Shown here piece after piece: positions 59,686 through 64,000 of a stretch of DNA of 64,000 bases. How positions within the stretch are numbered: position 1 is the first letter of the stretch; every line of letters begins with the position of its first letter. Origin of the DNA: Candidatus Limnocylindrales bacterium. Its GTDB lineage: Bacteria > Moduliflexota > Moduliflexia > Moduliflexales > JAUQPW01. The stretch is taken from assembly GCA_035559535.1 (NCBI GenBank), contig DATMBG010000052.1, positions 1-64,000 of the forward strand, written 5' to 3'. A program made the translations under genes and the position numbers. Below the pieces are notes generated by a model. That model ran no database searches. It saw nothing but the letters and a program-made list of their open reading frames with translations, and was not told the origin of the DNA.

Positions 59686-60078
59686 ATGCCCAAAATGTTA
59701 CTTCTCTTTTCCCATGAATTAACCCAGGACCAAATCAAAGATGCCAGGGCTACTTTAAACATCACCGAATTTGTCCCCCTGTCTGTGGATCTGGAAGGTC
59801 TCTGGAAGAATATTCCCCCCACCAAACCTTCGTTAAGTGAGTATCTGGAACCCCTTCGTAGATGGATGAAAGGGCATGCAGAGCCTGGAGATTATGTATT
59901 GATCCAGGGTGATTTTGGGGCCGTCTATTTAATGGTTAATTTTGCCTTTTCTGCTGGTTTAATTCCTGTTTATTCCACCACCGAACGGGAAGTGGTGGAG
60001 AAGGCCTTGCCGGATAACACGGTGAGATCGGAACGGGTGTTCCGGCATAGGATGTTTAGAAGATATGAAAAGGAGTGA
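59686..60078 (+). CDS. csx20: CRISPR-associated protein Csx20 (putative cOA ring nuclease)
   Basis: LLFSHELT..QIKDA, LWKNIPP, GDYVLIQGDFGA, PVYSTTER, FRHRMFRRY, recognised as the Csx20 family pattern. Confidence 0.85.
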   Translation: MPKMLLLFSHELTQDQIKDARATLNITEFVPLSVDLEGLWKNIPPTKPSLSEYLEPLRRWMKGHAEPGDYVLIQGDFGAVYLMVNFAFSAGLIPVYSTTEREVVEKALPDNTVRSERVFRHRMFRRYEKE

Positions 60079-60083
60079 GTCCA

Positions 60084-61409
60084 ATGAGTCAAGTCATGCT
60101 TGCCTTTTTAGGAACCAACGATTACTTACCTTGTAACTATTTGCTGAATGAGAAAGGGAAGATCAGTGGAGTGCGATTTATTCAGGAAGCTCTGGTTTCT
60201 TTATTCTGCAAAGATTGGACGGAAAAGGATAGGATTATTATTTTTCTGACTGAAGAGGCTAAAAATAAAAACTGGGTGGATAATGGTCATAAGGATAGGG
60301 ACGGTAAACCTCTGCAGAGAGAAGGATTAAAAAGAAGATTAGAATCTTTAGGGTTAAAGACTAAAATTCTTGACAAAGAAATTCCGGATGGGCGAACGGA
60401 AGAGGAGATTTGGAGAATTTTTGATGAGGTTCTTAATCAAATAGATCATGGGGATGAAGTAATATTTGATATGACCCATGCTTTCCGTTCTCTCCCTATG
60501 CTTGCCATCATCATATTGAACTATGCAAAGGTCATAAAGAATATCAAAATAAATGGAGTTTACTACGGTGCCTTTGAATCCTTAGGCAGTATTCGCGAAG
60601 TGGAAAAAATGGCAGTCCAGGATCGTAACGTTCCAATTTTCAATCTTACCCCCTTTGTTCGTCTTTTCGATTGGACGAATGCCATACATAATTTTATTAC
60701 GTATGGGGACGCTAAAGATATCAGTGAGCTGACTCAACAAGAAATAAAATCTATTCTGGCAGATACACAAGGAAAAGACGAGGGCGCACAAAACCTCCGG
60801 GAACTGAGTAAACAACTAAAGAAGCTCACCAAATTAATTCAGACAAGTCGAGGACCTGGTCTCATCGATGGATTTGATTTTGACGGCTTAAGAGAACTGA
60901 TAAAAAAAGAAGGATTCTTAAAACCGATAAATCCTTTACTCGATAAAATAGCGAATAAAATTAAAGATTTTAAAAATAAAGATATTAAAAACGGATATGC
61001 TGCGGTTGAATGGTGTATTCAACACAATTTAATACCACAGGGTTATACTCTACTTCAAGAGACGATGATTAGCGAGGTTGTCGTAAGACATTTTGGTCAG
61101 AGCGAAATTCTCAATGAAGACAAAAGGAAACTTGCTGCTCAGGCTCTCCATATTGCAAATAGAAACATTATTGCAAATAGAAAAATTCCTGAAGAGGAAT
61201 GGGAAGAGCCAGCTAAAAGTAGAAAAGAAGACGTTCAAAAAATTATAAGTTGCCTGAGCGAGGATTTTATTAAGATATATGACTCGATAACGCAAGATAG
61301 AAATGATATAAACCATGCCGGGTTCAGAACTCAACCCTCTCAACCCGAGGACTTACAGGAGAGATTAAAGGAAAGATATTACAAGAACTTGAAAAAAGGT
61401 TTGGCCTAG
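60084..61409 (+). CDS. csx1: TIGR02221/TM1812-family CARF-HEPN ribonuclease (Csx1 group)
   Basis: LAFLGTNDY..CNY, DMTHAFRSLPML (DxTHG-type CARF motif), YYGAFE, HEPN RNDINH (R-X4-H); SD AGGAG. Confidence 0.9.
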   Translation: MSQVMLAFLGTNDYLPCNYLLNEKGKISGVRFIQEALVSLFCKDWTEKDRIIIFLTEEAKNKNWVDNGHKDRDGKPLQREGLKRRLESLGLKTKILDKEIPDGRTEEEIWRIFDEVLNQIDHGDEVIFDMTHAFRSLPMLAIIILNYAKVIKNIKINGVYYGAFESLGSIREVEKMAVQDRNVPIFNLTPFVRLFDWTNAIHNFITYGDAKDISELTQQEIKSILADTQGKDEGAQNLRELSKQLKKLTKLIQTSRGPGLIDGFDFDGLRELIKKEGFLKPINPLLDKIANKIKDFKNKDIKNGYAAVEWCIQHNLIPQGYTLLQETMISEVVVRHFGQSEILNEDKRKLAAQALHIANRNIIANRKIPEEEWEEPAKSRKEDVQKIISCLSEDFIKIYDSITQDRNDINHAGFRTQPSQPEDLQERLKERYYKNLKKGLA

Positions 61410-61436
61410 TACGGGCACGGCAGGCCATGTTTCTGC
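61409..61436. repeat. Degenerate GTAG-type REP right after csx1
   Basis: GTACGGGCACGGCAGGCCATGTTTCTGC resembles the REP at 15714. Confidence 0.5.
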
Positions 61437-61502
61437 TTATAACCCGCTATACAAGCTCCTGAGCATGCCGATGCCTTTACTTCTGATTAGAAAGCCATAT
61501 CT

Positions 61503-62726
61503 ATGCCCGAACCCTATCAAAACCTCTGGCAACCTCCCATTGACTCCTTACCAGACCTGTTATGGGAAGTAATGATTGTAGGCGCCGGACCTGCCGGTTC
61601 CATGGCAGCCCTACATTTAGCCTCTCGGGGGCATAAGGTTCTGCTGATAGATAAGCAGAGATTTCCCAGGGATAAGATTTGTGGCGACGGTCTTATTCCC
61701 GATGCCATCAGGTGCCTTCAAAGGGCGGGTTTGTATGAAAAAGTCTCTAAAGTCGGGTGGAAAACTAAAGAAATAACTGCATTCAGTCCCTCCCGTATAA
61801 GATTTGAAGTGCCTGGTGACTTCCTGACGGTTAAAAGACTGATTCTCGATGAGATAATTGCCAGGGAAGCCGTTTCCAAGGGGGCTACCTTCTGCCAGGG
61901 AACAGTTCAAGCTATTTCAAGGGACCCGGATGGCATGATTCGGGCTTCGTTTTCAGAATCACCCCAACAGGTTCGGGCGCGTATTGGTATGATCGCAACG
62001 GGTGCGGATATTTCTTTATTGAAAAATCTAGGGATGGTTTCACACCTGAGGGCCAGTGCGGTGGCTCTACGTTGCTATGTACGTTCTTCATTTAATCTGA
62101 ATCAACTGGTCATATCCTTTGATCGCTCCATTATCCCAGGTTATGCCTGGATATTTCCCATAAGCCGTGACGAGTACAACGTGGGTTGCGGTATGGCATA
62201 CCGAAACGGTGCCAAAACCAAGGGGAATTTAAAGGAAATCTTCCATACCTTCGTAGCTGAGTTTCCCCTGGCGCGAGAATTGATGAAGCAGGGTGAAATC
62301 CTTACTCCCCTTCAAGGGGCCCTTCTTCGATGTGGTTTAAAAGGTTCTTACCCTTTCAAGGGTAGGAATATATTAGCCATCGGGGAAACGATCGGGGCCA
62401 CGTTCCCTTTCACCGGGGAAGGGATCGGCAAAGCTATGGAGACAGGGGAGCTGGCCGCATCGATAGTTCATAAGTCGCTGGTGGAGGGGAATTTCCAATA
62501 CCTGCATGAATTTCCACGTCTCCTGGAGGAAGAGTTGAGACCTCGTTATCTGGGATACCAGATTGCCGAAAACTGGCTTTCCAAAGCCTGGCTTAACGAC
62601 CTGATAGCCCGTCGTGCTCAGAAAAGCAGGTTCTTGCAGAATGCCTTTGCAGGTATTATTACCGAGACGGTGGACCCGCGAACCGTTTTCTCCGTATGGG
62701 GAATTTTAAAATCGTTGTGGAGGTAA
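61503..62726 (+). CDS. Geranylgeranyl reductase-family FAD oxidoreductase
   Basis: VGAGPAGS, FPRDKICGDG, GYAWIFP, PFTGEGI. Confidence 0.9.
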   Translation: MPEPYQNLWQPPIDSLPDLLWEVMIVGAGPAGSMAALHLASRGHKVLLIDKQRFPRDKICGDGLIPDAIRCLQRAGLYEKVSKVGWKTKEITAFSPSRIRFEVPGDFLTVKRLILDEIIAREAVSKGATFCQGTVQAISRDPDGMIRASFSESPQQVRARIGMIATGADISLLKNLGMVSHLRASAVALRCYVRSSFNLNQLVISFDRSIIPGYAWIFPISRDEYNVGCGMAYRNGAKTKGNLKEIFHTFVAEFPLARELMKQGEILTPLQGALLRCGLKGSYPFKGRNILAIGETIGATFPFTGEGIGKAMETGELAASIVHKSLVEGNFQYLHEFPRLLEEELRPRYLGYQIAENWLSKAWLNDLIARRAQKSRFLQNAFAGIITETVDPRTVFSVWGILKSLWR

Positions 62727-62929
62727 GCCTGGGCAAGTTACAAGTAATAATCGAATTGTTGATCAACTCCCTGAGTTGAAGGCAAAGGTCCCTTATGTCA
62801 AATGGGGACCTTTGACCTACTAATCTGTAAATTTAATCCCTGAACTCTAAGCATGGGAAGCCTCTGCAGGGGGCTTTCCCATTGTGTCAAACAGGCCTTT
62901 TGAAAATTTCTGAAGAGTTGATATATCTG

Positions 62930-62958
62930 TTGACACCCATTTACCTACCTGGTAGCAT
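62930..62958 (+). promoter_or_regulatory. Putative promoter of the Uma2 gene
   Basis: TTGACA-N17-TAGCAT. Confidence 0.55.
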
Positions 62959-63025
62959 ATTCTTAAAAGGGAATATCGTCATTTTAAAACCCAGTATTAT
63001 TTTTTAAAACCGAGGAGTGAGGCTT

Positions 63026-63814
63026 ATGGAAGAAAGGCATAACGCTGGAGTGACCCTGGAAGAGGTGGAAATACCTCCTACCGAGGATGAACTTCCTTAC
63101 AGTGATGGAATCCCCATGGAATCCGAACGACATGTCTTACAAATGTACCTGTTGATCCTTCCGCTGCGACAGTTTTGGAGAGATCGAGAGTTTTTCGTGG
63201 GGGGGAACATGTTTATCTACTTTAGCCTGAAACAGTTACGCCATCAGGACTTTCGAGGGCCAGATGTATTTGTGGTGTTAGATGTACCGAAACGGGAGCG
63301 GAAGAGTTGGGTAGTGTGGCAGGAGGGAAAAGGTCCGGATGTGGTGATTGAGTTGTTGTCGGAGAGTACGGCCGGAATAGACAAAGGGGAGAAAAAGCGG
63401 GTGTATCAGGATCAGTTGAAAGTAACAGAGTATTTTTGGTATGATCCGTTTACGGGGGAACTGGCCGGGTTTCAATTACAGGGTGGAATCTATGTGCCGA
63501 TCGAGCCGGACGTTGAGGGAGGATTGGTAAGTAAGCGGTTAGGGCTGAAGTTGGTAAAATGGGCGGGAAAGTATGCAGGGGTAGATGCAGTGTGGCTGCG
63601 GTGGGCGACGAGGGAAGGTGAGTTATTGCCCACGGAGGAAGAGTTAGCCGAACAGGAAAGACAACGGGCCGAACAGGAAAGACAACGGGCCGAACAGGAA
63701 AAACGACGGGCCGAACAGGCAGAGCAGCTTGCCAGACAGCAGAAGCAGAGAGCAGATGAGTTAGAGGCGCTGTTGGCTCGTTACCGAGAACGTTTTGGAG
63801 AGGTACCAGAATAA
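63026..63814 (+). CDS. Uma2 (DUF820) PD-(D/E)xK endonuclease-family protein with coiled-coil tail
   Basis: LPYSDGIPMES, GPDVFVV, PDVVIELLSEST, DKGEK, EYFWYDP; AEQERQR repeats. Confidence 0.92.
   Translation: MEERHNAGVTLEEVEIPPTEDELPYSDGIPMESERHVLQMYLLILPLRQFWRDREFFVGGNMFIYFSLKQLRHQDFRGPDVFVVLDVPKRERKSWVVWQEGKGPDVVIELLSESTAGIDKGEKKRVYQDQLKVTEYFWYDPFTGELAGFQLQGGIYVPIEPDVEGGLVSKRLGLKLVKWAGKYAGVDAVWLRWATREGELLPTEEELAEQERQRAEQERQRAEQEKRRAEQAEQLARQQKQRADELEALLARYRERFGEVPE
63647..63719 (+). repeat. 21-bp in-frame tandem repeat (~3.5 units)
   Basis: GCCGAACAGGAAAGACAACGG x2, then variants; encodes AEQERQR. Confidence 0.9.
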
Positions 63815-63869
63815 TCTGTAGGGTTAGCAGCAGTTGTCAAAAACTTTGAATAGCTATTCTACCCCCCCC

Positions 63870-63980
63870 CCTACCCCCTCTCCCGAGGCTTCGGGAGATG
63901 GGATTCACCGAGAGCTGGCCCATAAATCCTCTCGCTCCCCTTTCCCGCAGCGTGGGAGCGGAGGGTGGGAGTGAGGGCCA
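63870..63980. repeat. CCCTC-type REP cluster
   Basis: CCCCCTCTCCCG...CGGGAGATGGGG and TCCCGCAGCGTGGGAG...GTGAGGG share loop and arms with the 22621 element. Confidence 0.65.
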
Positions 63981-64000
63981 CTTAAAAGTTAAGCCAAAAT

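Noticed and set aside
63647-63719. 21-bp repeats as a CRISPR array
   Set aside because: Head-to-tail with no spacers, and in frame encoding the usual Uma2 coiled-coil tail.

Overview
Chromosomal window from a diderm bacterium (lptFG, murJ and a beta-barrel porin are present; GC looks moderate). It opens in the 3' end of a 23S rRNA gene with no 5S gene behind it. Next come an aldehyde dehydrogenase, a PQQ-type sugar dehydrogenase with a diheme cytochrome c, a stand-alone tubulin/FtsZ-superfamily GTPase fused to HEAT repeats, and a convergent AMIN-amidase-LysM gene. A ~15.5 kb minus-strand acyl-CoA cluster follows: a LiuR-like MerR regulator with a recognisable LiuR box, thiolase, hbd, three acyl-CoA dehydrogenases, EtfBA, an isobutyryl-CoA-mutase-type IcmAB, a Cys-less thiolase-fold protein with a DUF35 partner, MeaB and a ChlI-like AAA+ ATPase. 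It faces a Liv-type ABC transporter/acyl-CoA synthetase operon. That operon is split by a ~9.6 kb block bracketed by two paralogous coiled-coil genes and containing a BON-OmpA protein, a REC-GGDEF protein, Hpt, glgP and glgX. The right half has an EEP-phospholipase D fusion, a FecR/porin pair that would be one gene except for a frameshift at an A10 run, housekeeping genes (hemW, nrnA, lptFG, murJ, short MetE) and an orphan csx20-csx1 (ring nuclease plus CARF-HEPN) pair with no cas10 or CRISPR array in the window. Intergenic gaps are full of palindromic repeats: 8-bp-unit hairpin arrays, GTAG-type REPs and others. All calls come from motif recognition by eye; no searches were run.
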